Position numbers and translations under genes: made by a program
Part shown: piece by piece, positions 21,822 through 30,188 of the stretch
Layout: the number at the start of each line of letters is the position of its first letter
Numbering within the stretch: the first letter of the stretch is position 1
Notes under the pieces: model-generated
What the model saw: only the letters and a program-made list of their open reading frames with translations
Databases searched by the model: none
Told to the model about the DNA's origin: nothing
IMG/VR virus record: IMGVR_UViG_2778261667_000009
Origin: a virus
Taxonomy: Duplodnaviria > Heunggongvirae > Uroviricota > Caudoviricetes
Direction: 5' to 3' (one strand)
DNA: 37,282 nucleotides

Positions 21822-22184
21822 TCATTCATCTCCCTGTTCAGTGATGGTCAGTTCCAGCTTTCCACCTTTGACAACCGGCATCTTCACAACGCGGTAATCA
21901 ACGACCTGAGCATCATCCAACCAGAAACCTGCTTTGGTGAGTGCGTCAAAAGCGGCCTTTTGTAGATTATCCAGGTCACGGCGACGGCGATCCGGCATGT
22001 GACACTCAATGCGGATTTTCACAGGAATAGCCAGGCCGATATCCAGCATTGCGTTTTTAATGATTCGGGCGACGTTTTCGCGGTATGCCTGCCCCTCTGC
22101 GCTGATGTGCGTGCGCCCGCGATTATGGCGGTAATAGCGATTATTGCCCGGCGGCCAGGGTAATGTGATATTGTAGGTATTCAC
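21822..22184 (-). CDS. rusA: Holliday junction resolvase RusA
   Basis: 120 aa, [51 protein letters not shown]...; near-identical to E. coli RusA as remembered. Confidence 0.9.
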   Translation of the reverse strand: MNTYNITLPWPPGNNRYYRHNRGRTHISAEGQAYRENVARIIKNAMLDIGLAIPVKIRIECHMPDRRRRDLDNLQKAAFDALTKAGFWLDDAQVVDYRVVKMPVVKGGKLELTITEQGDE

Positions 22185-22471
22185 GCCTTAATTACCCCCT
22201 CTTTCAGCCAGATAACCTGCGTTCTCGCCATACCTTCCAGCGCGCATTCTTTTGCATACTCAGCATCGACAAAATGTGTGCGGCGGTCGATTTCGTCGTG
22301 GCAGGCAGAACATGCAATGGTGGCAATCAGGTCTGGCGGTTTGATACCGGTACCGCACAATCCAGCCAGCCGGATATGTGCCAGTACAGACGTTTCAGGA
22401 TTGCCATTACATATGCCAGGGATTCTTACCTGGCATTCCCGACCACGCGCTGCTTTTCTCAAATCAGCCAT
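22181..22471 (-). CDS. ybcO: YbcO-like protein (DUF1364, putative nuclease)
   Basis: 96 aa from internal ATG ([35 protein letters not shown]...), matching DLP12 YbcO; the track's longer N-terminus is probably an upstream extension. Confidence 0.75.
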   Translation of the reverse strand: MADLRKAARGRECQVRIPGICNGNPETSVLAHIRLAGLCGTGIKPPDLIATIACSACHDEIDRRTHFVDAEYAKECALEGMARTQVIWLKEGVIKA

Positions 22472-22634
22472 GATTCCTCCTTGCTGCCAGTCGCAACCAT
22501 TTTTTATCAACCAGGCTGGCGGTATATCCGAGCAGTGTTGGTATTTCGGATGGTTTCAGCTCAGGCTTACGCTTACGACGATTTGGTACTTTGTAGATGT
22601 GTCCGTTCATGACACGAATAAGCGGTGTAGCCAT
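22464..22634 (-). CDS. ninE: NinE-like small protein
   Basis: 56-aa [49 protein letters not shown]..., start overlaps the ybcN stop (TAATG); basic, in the ninE position. Not in the supplied ORF track. Confidence 0.5.
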   Translation of the reverse strand: MATPLIRVMNGHIYKVPNRRKRKPELKPSEIPTLLGYTASLVDKKWLRLAARRNHG

Positions 22635-23089
22635 TACGCCTCCTGCTTATCACGCAGCAGCTGGAACTCGCAGCTCTGCGGAATAGTCAGGTGGCAGCCA
22701 ATATTCATCGCCCAGGCTTCAACCTTACACAGGAAGACATACATCTCTCCGGTATCGAGGTCGGAGGTATGGCGTAACGACTGAATAGTGGTGATTTCAC
22801 CGGTTATGACATCAACCAGTTCTTTGGTTTCATAACCGAGGTATGTGTGTTTGAGAGCATCTTTTACCCATGCTGCAGTAGCGAACGATTTCCCCCTGCT
22901 TATGAGGTATTCACTGATTTCGCTGTACCACATGTGGCTAAGTGCATTCTGGGAAAGACTGCGTCTCTCGCGCCACGGTTTAAGCACCATGCGAAAGCAT
23001 TTTCCGTCCTCCAGATAAGGCTGGATCTGCTGGCCGATAGCGGTGAAGTTCCCGCGATGTAATTTGATGCCGTCTTGTGGGAGGTTCAC
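22634..23089 (-). CDS. ybcN: NinB/YbcN-family protein
   Basis: 151 aa, same length as DLP12 YbcN, with the NinB-like SQNALSHMW pattern; GGAGGTG RBS upstream. Confidence 0.75.
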   Translation of the reverse strand: MNLPQDGIKLHRGNFTAIGQQIQPYLEDGKCFRMVLKPWRERRSLSQNALSHMWYSEISEYLISRGKSFATAAWVKDALKHTYLGYETKELVDVITGEITTIQSLRHTSDLDTGEMYVFLCKVEAWAMNIGCHLTIPQSCEFQLLRDKQEA

Positions 23090-23212
23090 GCTTCACCTCC
23101 GCAGAGGTCAAACGTTGGATACAAAGAACCACAGGTGCATTTCTGCATCTGTGAAGGGAGAAGAGAGTTTAGATTGTATGTGCGCATAAACGTCCCCGTT
23201 TAGCGCAGAAGT

Positions 23213-23245
23213 CACCGGAGTTGTTCAGGCTCCGGTGTTTTTATT
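23213..23245 (+). terminator. Orphan plus-strand intrinsic terminator (possible end of a small RNA)
   Basis: Perfect 8-bp stem CACCGGAG/CTCCGGTG, 9-nt loop, followed by TTTTTATT; no plus-strand gene upstream. Confidence 0.4.
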
Positions 23246-23671
23246 GTGACAGCTTGATAATTAAAAATCAATAAGCCTTCAAAGGACATAAACAAGCTAA
23301 TAGCTTCTACTTTAGTTTATACGATATTACCTTAAGAGAATTAACATAATCAACGAAACCACTCATATATTTATCTAAGATTCCTTTATTACACAGAACA
23401 TATTACGACATAATTCCAATATACATTTTTTGTAAAATAACTGCAGAGATACCTAGCGCTATGCTGTTAACTTGCAGTAATATTCAACATATCAATCTTT
23501 TATGGGAGCTTAAACCACTTCTTATTTTTTCATCTAAGTAATATATTGCAAATGCATATACCTGGATAATCAGAACAAGAGATTCCAATCACCATAACTT
23601 CACATTAAAAAAATATTAATGTACACTTAATTATGTGTGCATACTTTAACAATACATAATACATTTTATTT

Positions 23672-24202
23672 TTACGATACATGGATTTTAAAAGCTGTAA
23701 AAGACCACTTCCTCAGAAGTGGCTTGCAGACTGCCCCTATAAGCAAGCGACTGTCATATTCTGCGTTCGACTCTAGCAACTCCGGTAACTGTTCGTGTGC
23801 TTGCTCCATCTTTTCCTGATGTCTAACATACCGCCTGATAATTTTTTCGGTCGTGCCTACTATATCGACAAAGTAACCTCGTGAACCCAAATTGTTTCCC
23901 CATAACTTCGTCCTGATATGCGGGAATAGATTGTAGAGCCTGATTTCGCTGCAACCTTTTAGGTTTTCTCATCAGAGTAGATATTGAGATTTATGACGGC
24001 ACGATTACTACAAAATGCAATGATCTGGCTGTACACTTAAATCCGGAACCTCGCAATCTTTTATTCCACGCAGAATACAAATGGTTCTGTACAGCTCCTT
24101 GTCCAATTTATCTCTCAGAATCCTAAAGCGGTACTTTGGCGCCCAGACTGTGTGATATTTGCAACGCCAATATACATATGATGAACTTCTGTAAAACCCC
24201 AT
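23672..24202 (-). pseudogene. tnpA: IS200/IS605-family transposase (TnpA, HuH/Y1) pseudogene, frameshifted
   Basis: N-terminal piece (24008-24202) carries W-x-CKYH-x-V-x-APKYR and a truncated HuH (PDHCIL then stop); C-terminal piece (23672-23890, other frame) carries RGYFVDIVG...YVRHQEKMEQ, matching the IS200 TnpA C-terminus. Confidence 0.6.
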
Positions 24203-24319
24203 GTCAGTTTTTCTCCTTTTACTTGTGGTGAGTAAGCAGAGATATTCAGATATGGGAATTCTTCAGGTTATAGCCTTACAGGAGCAATCACCAGCCCCCT
24301 TTGCGGTGGTTTAGAGATA

Positions 24320-24385
24320 ACAATTAAATATTAACCATAAAAATTATACCGCAAGATATAATTTTTATGGTTAATATTTAATTGT
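24320..24385. repeat. 29-bp perfect inverted repeat (hairpin) with 8-nt loop, probable IS200-type subterminal hairpin
   Basis: ACAATTAAATATTAACCATAAAAATTATA / ccgcaaga / TATAATTTTTATGGTTAATATTTAATTGT; arms are exact reverse complements, ~120 bp upstream of the tnpA remnant start. Confidence 0.8.
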
Positions 24386-24616
24386 ATTCCACATAGTGCT
24401 TACTAATCAACCAAAAACACAACATACTGAACACTTCGCTTAACTCCACCTATTGCCGTAGATGCATTAATTGAAGTAGAATATTTTCCAGGAGATGTAA
24501 TCTCAGATAAAAGTAAATTACGCACATTGACTCTTAAATAGGTTTATTTCTAAAAATAAAACTCCATATATTTATTCTTAACATAAAACCAGAAAGATGC
24601 ATAACAGGATGAAGCC

Positions 24617-24982
24617 ATGGATAAAAAATACACAGATAAATTAGAAGCTTGCGAGTACTTGCAAAATGTTGACATTTGGCTTGATAATGGAAATGTTGAC
24701 ATGTTTAAAGTATCAGATATTTTAAACAATCTGTTGAAATTAGGTGATTTTGAGAAATTTGACCATACACTTTCACTTTTAAAAGCTGAAAGCTTTGCAG
24801 AGAAAATAAAGTTTCGTCTTTCACGAGTTGAAAGTCAACGGGATAGTATATTACACGTTATCAGAGAAGGTGATAAGAATAAAAACCTTAGAAAAATAAT
24901 ACTAAAATCATATGACACAAAAAAAAACAGAAATAAAATCACTATTCAATATATTCTCCAGAGAAAGCGGGCTATATTTTAG
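24617..24982 (+). CDS. N-terminal fragment of a split glycosyltransferase-like gene
   Basis: 121-aa ORF with AGGA RBS; runs through the A9 tract at 24919-24927 and stops 55 nt later. Deleting one A fuses it in frame to the downstream ORF. Confidence 0.4.
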   Translation: MDKKYTDKLEACEYLQNVDIWLDNGNVDMFKVSDILNNLLKLGDFEKFDHTLSLLKAESFAEKIKFRLSRVESQRDSILHVIREGDKNKNLRKIILKSYDTKKNRNKITIQYILQRKRAIF

Positions 24983-25937
24983 GAATAACCATGGAAATCA
25001 CTACAGTTATTTTGAAGATGATTTCTTAGATTACAGCAATGCTGTAAAAAACACACTTAGAGACAAAGGTTTTGCGAAAAAACTTTTACAGCACAATCAA
25101 GAAAAATTTAGAATTCTCGATGATGCGATAGTTCATACTTTCAATCATAATTTCTATGCCATTTCAGATAAAAATGGTTATTACGACTCAACAAATGCAG
25201 CCCGTCTGGCAAAACTTAGCCATGTTAATTATATTAATAACGACAATGAAATAAGATATATTGATAAGGCTATTTTTTTGCCCATAGACCATGCATGCAA
25301 TAACTATTATCATGCTCTTAGTGAATGTTTCGGAGGATTGAAATTTATAACAGAATTACCTGATGACATTCCTATAGTCTTTACGGAAGACAGATTTAAT
25401 GTATTGGATTTTATTGCATCGCGCCTATGTATAGACCGCAAACGTTTTATTTCTATACAAACACTTGCTAATACTCGAATTAAAAAGGCACTACAATTAT
25501 ATCCATATAGTTTTAACTGGAGTGAAGATATTTTTCATTTTTTTAAAAAAATATCATACCCACAAACAACAGACTCTAAAATATATATTTCAAGGAGAAA
25601 GTCAAGCCGTGGCCCATTAAATGAATTTGAAGTTGAAAATGAGCTTAAAGAATTAGGTTTTGATATACTATACGCTGAAGACCTTGACTTTGCGCAACAG
25701 GTTTCAATTTTCTCAAATGCAAGCATCCTTATTGGCCCTCATGGCGCAGGCCTCACCAACATTCTTTTTATGCCTAAGAATAGCACCCTTATCGAAATAT
25801 TTAACAGTGAATATATCCAACCTGATTTCTATCTAAGATCTCGCCATAATAACATGAAATATGCATGTACCATTCAATTTAATAATACCTTCAATATCGA
25901 AGAGATAAAAGAAATCATAGAAAGGTGTCAAGAATAA
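24912..25937 (+). CDS. Glycosyltransferase, GT61/DUF563-like (C-terminal portion of the split gene)
   Basis: 341 aa; C-terminal region ...SRRKSSRGPLNEFEVENELKELGFDILYAEDLDFAQQVSIFSNASILIGPHGAGLTNILFMPKNSTLIEIF matches the DUF563/GT61 signature as remembered. No SD before its ATG; strongly AT-rich by eye. Confidence 0.5.
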   Translation: MTQKKTEIKSLFNIFSRESGLYFRNNHGNHYSYFEDDFLDYSNAVKNTLRDKGFAKKLLQHNQEKFRILDDAIVHTFNHNFYAISDKNGYYDSTNAARLAKLSHVNYINNDNEIRYIDKAIFLPIDHACNNYYHALSECFGGLKFITELPDDIPIVFTEDRFNVLDFIASRLCIDRKRFISIQTLANTRIKKALQLYPYSFNWSEDIFHFFKKISYPQTTDSKIYISRRKSSRGPLNEFEVENELKELGFDILYAEDLDFAQQVSIFSNASILIGPHGAGLTNILFMPKNSTLIEIFNSEYIQPDFYLRSRHNNMKYACTIQFNNTFNIEEIKEIIERCQE

Positions 25938-26577
25938 GTTCTCAATACTCTTTTCATTAGAGCTTGTATATTAGCCAGTTACATTAAATCAATGAAATTT
26001 ATACCATCTAACAAAAAAGTTGGGTGGTATACCTCAACAACTTGATTTATAAATAAATTTAACAAAAAACCAGCATTAACTTAACGGTAATATCTCTAAG
26101 TGAATAATTTATCATATATGTTTCTCTCCTTTGATATATCCATAGCCAGCGTAGCTGTTCATTGCTCTCATTACTAATTTTCTCAGGTTTCTCATCGTGC
26201 CCCTCCACACACTAAAGGGTATGACCTGTTCGGCTGATGGATTCCTCAACTTACTTACACTTGTAGAGTACATAAACCTAGAGCTAAAGAGCAGATCTCA
26301 TAACTGTATCAATACTCTCCATCAGTTTAAAAAAACTCCCCACCACGAATAATATTATCATCGAAAAGTCATTATATCTTGTGTTCCTAAGCATGTGCCG
26401 TATATATCTTCAAGAAAGCCGCAGCATAACTCATCAAGCACTGCCAAATCCGGTCTCATTTGACGTAAATTTAATCACACATTATACTTTTCCCCACAGT
26501 TTTATTAATTGTTACAGCATCTAATCTCATGCTCTTAAACTACCATTTACCGTCACGACCCGTTTCATCGCGGCACT

Positions 26578-26748
26578 CTACCGACACTCCTCAAAAATCA
26601 GGTTCGTGCTCACCTTTTCTTCCTGTGCCATTTTAGCCGCAGCCTGATTTATACTGGTTACTGTTGCGCCTGTTACCGCAGCAACGTCCTGCGCACAGAA
26701 GTTCTTATGAGTCCCCAGGTAATGAATAATTGCCTCTTTGACCGTCAT
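26578..26748 (-). pseudogene. ren: ren remnant (internal deletion and premature stop)
   Basis: 56-aa ORF MTVKEAIIHYLGTHKNFCAQDVAAVTGATVTSINQAAAKMAQEEKVSTNLIFEECR matches lambda Ren at both ends but lacks ~25 central residues and stops early; Ren-like codons continue after the stop. ATG overlaps the P stop (ATGA). Confidence 0.55.
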
Positions 26749-27446
26749 ACCCTTGCTCCTTTCAGCCCAAACTTAGCTTTGATTTCTGCGATCTTCGCCA
26801 GAGCCTGTGCACGATTTAGAGGTCTACCGCCCATGACAGGGATTTGTTTTACTGGTTCAGGTATAGCCTCACCACGGTTAATTCGCGCTGTCATACAGGA
26901 CAGTTCATCGGCAGCCTTGCGCCGTAATTCCGCATCAGTAAGCGCATTGGCCCGCATGTTCTGGTACAGGTTGGTAACCAGCCAGTAGTGCGCGTTTGAT
27001 TTCCACGGATAAGACTCTGCATCTGGATACAGGCCACGCTTCCGACAATACTCATAGACCATATCAACCAGCTCGCTGACGTTTGGCAGCCCGACGTTAA
27101 CGGATGCTTCTTCCCGGCACCAGGCGACAAACTGCCCGGGTGATGGCAGGAATGGTCGATTCTGCCGACGGGCTACGCGCATTCCAGCGTTAACCTGTTC
27201 CATCGTGGTGATCCCATTTTCCCGGAAAGCCAGAACCCACTGGCGGCGGATTTCGTTCAGTTCATTCTGGTCCCGGTTAGCCAGGCTCGCCGAGAAAGTT
27301 GCCAGTAACTGGCTGAACACACCATTGATAATCTGCGCTACCTGCTGTACCTGCGGCTTTTCGTCGTACTGTTCCGGCATGTTATTGGCGATCCGGCGCA
27401 TCTGCTCACGGTCAAAATTAACCATCTGTGCGGCGATGTTTTTCAT
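26745..27446 (-). CDS. P: Replication protein P (DnaB helicase loader)
   Basis: 233 aa, essentially identical to lambda P as remembered (MKNIAAQMVNFDREQMRRIANNMPEQYDEKPQVQQVAQ...). Confidence 0.9.
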   Translation of the reverse strand: MKNIAAQMVNFDREQMRRIANNMPEQYDEKPQVQQVAQIINGVFSQLLATFSASLANRDQNELNEIRRQWVLAFRENGITTMEQVNAGMRVARRQNRPFLPSPGQFVAWCREEASVNVGLPNVSELVDMVYEYCRKRGLYPDAESYPWKSNAHYWLVTNLYQNMRANALTDAELRRKAADELSCMTARINRGEAIPEPVKQIPVMGGRPLNRAQALAKIAEIKAKFGLKGARV

Positions 27447-28462
27447 AGCTCCACCCCGTAAATCCAGTCAGTGTTCGTCAGGTCGAGTTTTGGTTTTCCG
27501 GCTGTCACGCCTGCCTGTTGCTTGTTTCGGTTGATTTCGAGCTGGGTCCACTTGTCGCGGAGTTTGGCCGGACTTAGCACGTTACCGGACCAGAAGTTGT
27601 CCTGGCATGCCCAGCGGAACAGCACGCACATGTCGCGGTGGTTACGTCCGTCACGTTCACGCATCAGGCGGATATCGTTAGCCCACCCTGCAAAATTCGG
27701 TTTTCTGGCTGATGGCGCGATGGTCTTCACCATGTCAAACATCCACTCTGCGGCGGTCAGGTCTTCTGCTGTCCCCCACTTGCTGCCGCTCTGAATTGCA
27801 GCATCTGGTTTCACCACAGGAAGATCGTTTTCTGGTTGGTCAGAGGATTCGCCAGAATTCTCGGACGAAAAAGATTTTATATTGTCTTTTGTTAGTTTGT
27901 CTTTTGTGTTTACCTTATTCGGGTAAACGCCTTTACCTGATTTGGGTAAACTTTTCTTACCTGATTCAGGTAAATTTACCTCTTTCAGGTAAACTTTATT
28001 TTTCTTACCTGATTCGGGTAATGTTGACCATTCACTGACCACATTATTAATACCGATATTCCGCCCGCTCTGAATCAAAATCCCACGCTTTACCAGAACA
28101 CTTTTTGCAGCAGAACACTTGTGCGGCAATATCCCGGTCAATTCGGACAGTTGCTCGTTGCTCACCCAATCCAGTTTTTTATTAAAGCCATATGTTTTGC
28201 GCATGACAGCCAGGAAGACCAGAAGCTGGTGCTGTGTTAATCCGGCCAGCATCACAGCTTCCAGCAACTCATTTGCAATGCGCGTATAACCATCATCGAG
28301 ATCTGCCACGCGCGGCTCCTTTTGTGCCGCATCCGGCACTGGAAAATTGAATATCTCAGCAGTGTTTGCCATAATTCCTCCCGCAATGAGTGTGTTACGA
28401 TTTGCACCTGAAAGTCGGTTCTGTTCCAGCAGACCGGCTTTCGCCATTTCTGAACCTGTCAT
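27443..28462 (-). CDS. O: Replication initiator O-like protein
   Basis: 339 aa; N-terminal region (ADLDDGYTRIANELLEA...LLVFLAVMRKTYGFNK) resembles lambda O; iteron array lies within the gene; stop overlaps the P start. Confidence 0.8.
   Translation of the reverse strand: MTGSEMAKAGLLEQNRLSGANRNTLIAGGIMANTAEIFNFPVPDAAQKEPRVADLDDGYTRIANELLEAVMLAGLTQHQLLVFLAVMRKTYGFNKKLDWVSNEQLSELTGILPHKCSAAKSVLVKRGILIQSGRNIGINNVVSEWSTLPESGKKNKVYLKEVNLPESGKKSLPKSGKGVYPNKVNTKDKLTKDNIKSFSSENSGESSDQPENDLPVVKPDAAIQSGSKWGTAEDLTAAEWMFDMVKTIAPSARKPNFAGWANDIRLMRERDGRNHRDMCVLFRWACQDNFWSGNVLSPAKLRDKWTQLEINRNKQQAGVTAGKPKLDLTNTDWIYGVEL
27860..28021. repeat. Replication origin: five 17-bp dyad iterons (TTACC-N6-GGTAA, one G-to-A variant per right arm in two copies) plus adjacent AT-rich tract
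   Basis: Iterons at 27910-27926, 27933-27949, 27957-27973, 27976-27992 and 28005-28021, with an AT-rich stretch at ~27860-27909 on the O-downstream side, as in lambda ori. Confidence 0.65.
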
Positions 28463-29004
28463 ATCGCCCCCAGCATGGTAGTAACCATCGCCATCAATGG
28501 ACCAGCCAGATCTGGGTCCACACGAAACATCGACACAATACCTTCACTAATTTCCTTCAGTTTCTGGTGGCGTGGTGCGTTGAGAATGACAGCCTGTTTT
28601 GCCTCACTGAGTTCCTTTTCCATTTCAGCCAACCTAGCCATGAAGCTATCCTGCTCAACCAGGTAACCGCGATATTCCAGCGGTAGTACCGCCAGAATTG
28701 CCGGGGTCAGTTCACGCACGTTATTTCGGTATTTTTCAGAATCGAATTTGTTATCGAGGAAGCGGAACAGCTTCTGGCGTGCACGGCTGACATCATCAGG
28801 GAAATCGATGGTGCCGCCGCCCTGCTCCCGATACTCATTCACAATGAGTGCGGCAACAACATCCTGATTATCTGCAGCCGACCAGGCGCGGACGGCATCA
28901 CGGATTTTTTCGTGGCCTGGAGCTTGTTTTGTTTGAGAACGATTTATCACCGCAGTCGGGCTAAATCCGCTAGTCTGTTGGTATGTAAGTGGTTGCATAG
29001 TCAT
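28459..29004 (-). CDS. YdaT-family (CII-position) protein
   Basis: 181 aa; EYREQGGG...TPAILAVLPLEYR resembles Rac prophage YdaT; sits between cro-like gene and O. Confidence 0.55.
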   Translation of the reverse strand: MTMQPLTYQQTSGFSPTAVINRSQTKQAPGHEKIRDAVRAWSAADNQDVVAALIVNEYREQGGGTIDFPDDVSRARQKLFRFLDNKFDSEKYRNNVRELTPAILAVLPLEYRGYLVEQDSFMARLAEMEKELSEAKQAVILNAPRHQKLKEISEGIVSMFRVDPDLAGPLMAMVTTMLGAI

Positions 29005-29028
29005 TGCCTTATCAGTTAACGCCGCAGT

Positions 29029-29256
29029 TTAGGCGGCAGAATTACTCGCGTTAAACAATGGTGCGAGGTCGGGACGAATATCTGCTGGTTTAATCTTTCC
29101 ACCAGTGGCTGAGACAATTTTCATTACATAGCGGGCATCAATTCCGCCACCGTGTAGCCAACGCCAAACAGTGGGTTGGGCTACACCGCATAGATCTGCC
29201 AGTCGTTTTTGACTACCTGTAATACTGATTGCGAGTTGAATGGTTTGATTTGTCAT
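29029..29256 (-). CDS. Cro-like HTH regulator (YdaS/Cro family)
   Basis: 75 aa from ATG 29256 (AGGA upstream); HTH LADLCGVAQPTVWRWL; divergent from cI. Confidence 0.6.
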   Translation of the reverse strand: MTNQTIQLAISITGSQKRLADLCGVAQPTVWRWLHGGGIDARYVMKIVSATGGKIKPADIRPDLAPLFNASNSAA

Positions 29257-29366
29257 TATCAATTCCTATTGGTATTGCAATGAACAAATAATAGCAATGC
29301 GTATTAATCATAACAATAGCAAAACGTGTTTTGACCATCAATACGCAAGCGTATAAATTAAAACTT
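29257..29366. promoter_or_regulatory. OR/PR/PRM region: repeated ATAGCAAT/ATTGCAAT operator motifs with divergent promoters
   Basis: Minus-strand PR-like -35 TTGTTA (29316-29311), 17-nt spacer, -10 TATTAT (29293-29288). Plus-strand PRM-like -35 TTGACC (29331-29336) and -10 TATAAAT (29352-29358) ending ~8 nt before the cI ATG. Three AATAGCAAT-type motifs overlap these. Confidence 0.45.
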
Positions 29367-30059
29367 ATGAAAAAAGAAACTCTTGCTGATCGCTTAAACC
29401 TAGCGATGGAACAATCTGGAATGTCTCAAGGCGCTCTTGCAAAGGCGTCTGGCGTAGCTCAACCCACAATCTGGAGACTGACAAGCGGCAACGCGCGCGG
29501 CTCAACAAAAATTGTTGAAATAGCTAATGCATTGGGTGTTCGAACAGAGTGGCTCTCATCAGGCATAGGCCCGATGAGAAATGACGGTCAACAATTAGGG
29601 AAGCCTACTGCCAACCATCCCAAATACTTCAAGATTGACGTTCTTGATATAGAAGTGAGTGCCGGGCCGGGAGTCATCAACCGTGAGTTTGTAGAAGTTC
29701 TACGCTCGGTTGAGTACTCATTTGACGATGCTCGTCACATGTTCGATGGCAGGAAGGCAGAAAATATCCGCATCATTAACGTACGCGGTGACAGCATGTC
29801 AGGAACGATCGAACCAGGTGATCTTCTGTTCGTTGATATCACTGTTAAATCTTTCGACGGTGATGGTATCTATGCGTTTCTGTATGACGACACCGCCCAT
29901 GTAAAGCGCCTGCAAATGATGAAGGATAAGCTGCTGGTTATCTCTGATAACAAGAGCTACTCACCGTGGGACCCGATCGAGAAAGACGAGATGAACCGCG
30001 TGTTCATCTTCGGGAAAGTCATCGGGAGCATGCCGCAGACATATAGAAAGCATGGGTAG
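29367..30059 (+). CDS. cI: CI-type prophage repressor (HTH plus S24 LexA-like autopeptidase domain)
   Basis: 230 aa from ATG 29367 (track's longer form uses TTG); N-terminal HTH (MSQGALAKASGVAQPTIWRL), C-terminal GDSM and Lys-containing S24-like domain. Confidence 0.8.
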   Translation: MKKETLADRLNLAMEQSGMSQGALAKASGVAQPTIWRLTSGNARGSTKIVEIANALGVRTEWLSSGIGPMRNDGQQLGKPTANHPKYFKIDVLDIEVSAGPGVINREFVEVLRSVEYSFDDARHMFDGRKAENIRIINVRGDSMSGTIEPGDLLFVDITVKSFDGDGIYAFLYDDTAHVKRLQMMKDKLLVISDNKSYSPWDPIEKDEMNRVFIFGKVIGSMPQTYRKHG

Positions 30060-30188
30060 AAATCAGAACAAAATTATGCACTTCGCTTTTCAGCTTACTG
30101 TAGTAAGGCAATAAATTAGGCTTGACGTTAGCTATCAGGTGCACAACAATAATTGTTGAATAATAGGTTTTTTTAACTAGGTGATAAC

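Noticed and set aside
23100-26570. Possible tRNA or CRISPR array in the AT-rich non-coding stretches
   Set aside because: No regularly spaced direct repeats and no GC-rich cloverleaf-compatible segments; the only strong repeat is the single 29-bp hairpin.
26707-26988. 93-aa plus-strand ORF overlapping P and ren
   Set aside because: Antisense to lambda-identical P; no independent evidence.
29331-29366. Track's TTG-initiated N-terminal extension of cI (MTINTQAYKLKL...)
   Set aside because: It would place the start inside the operator/promoter region; ATG at 29367 directly after a -10 element fits a leaderless cI mRNA.
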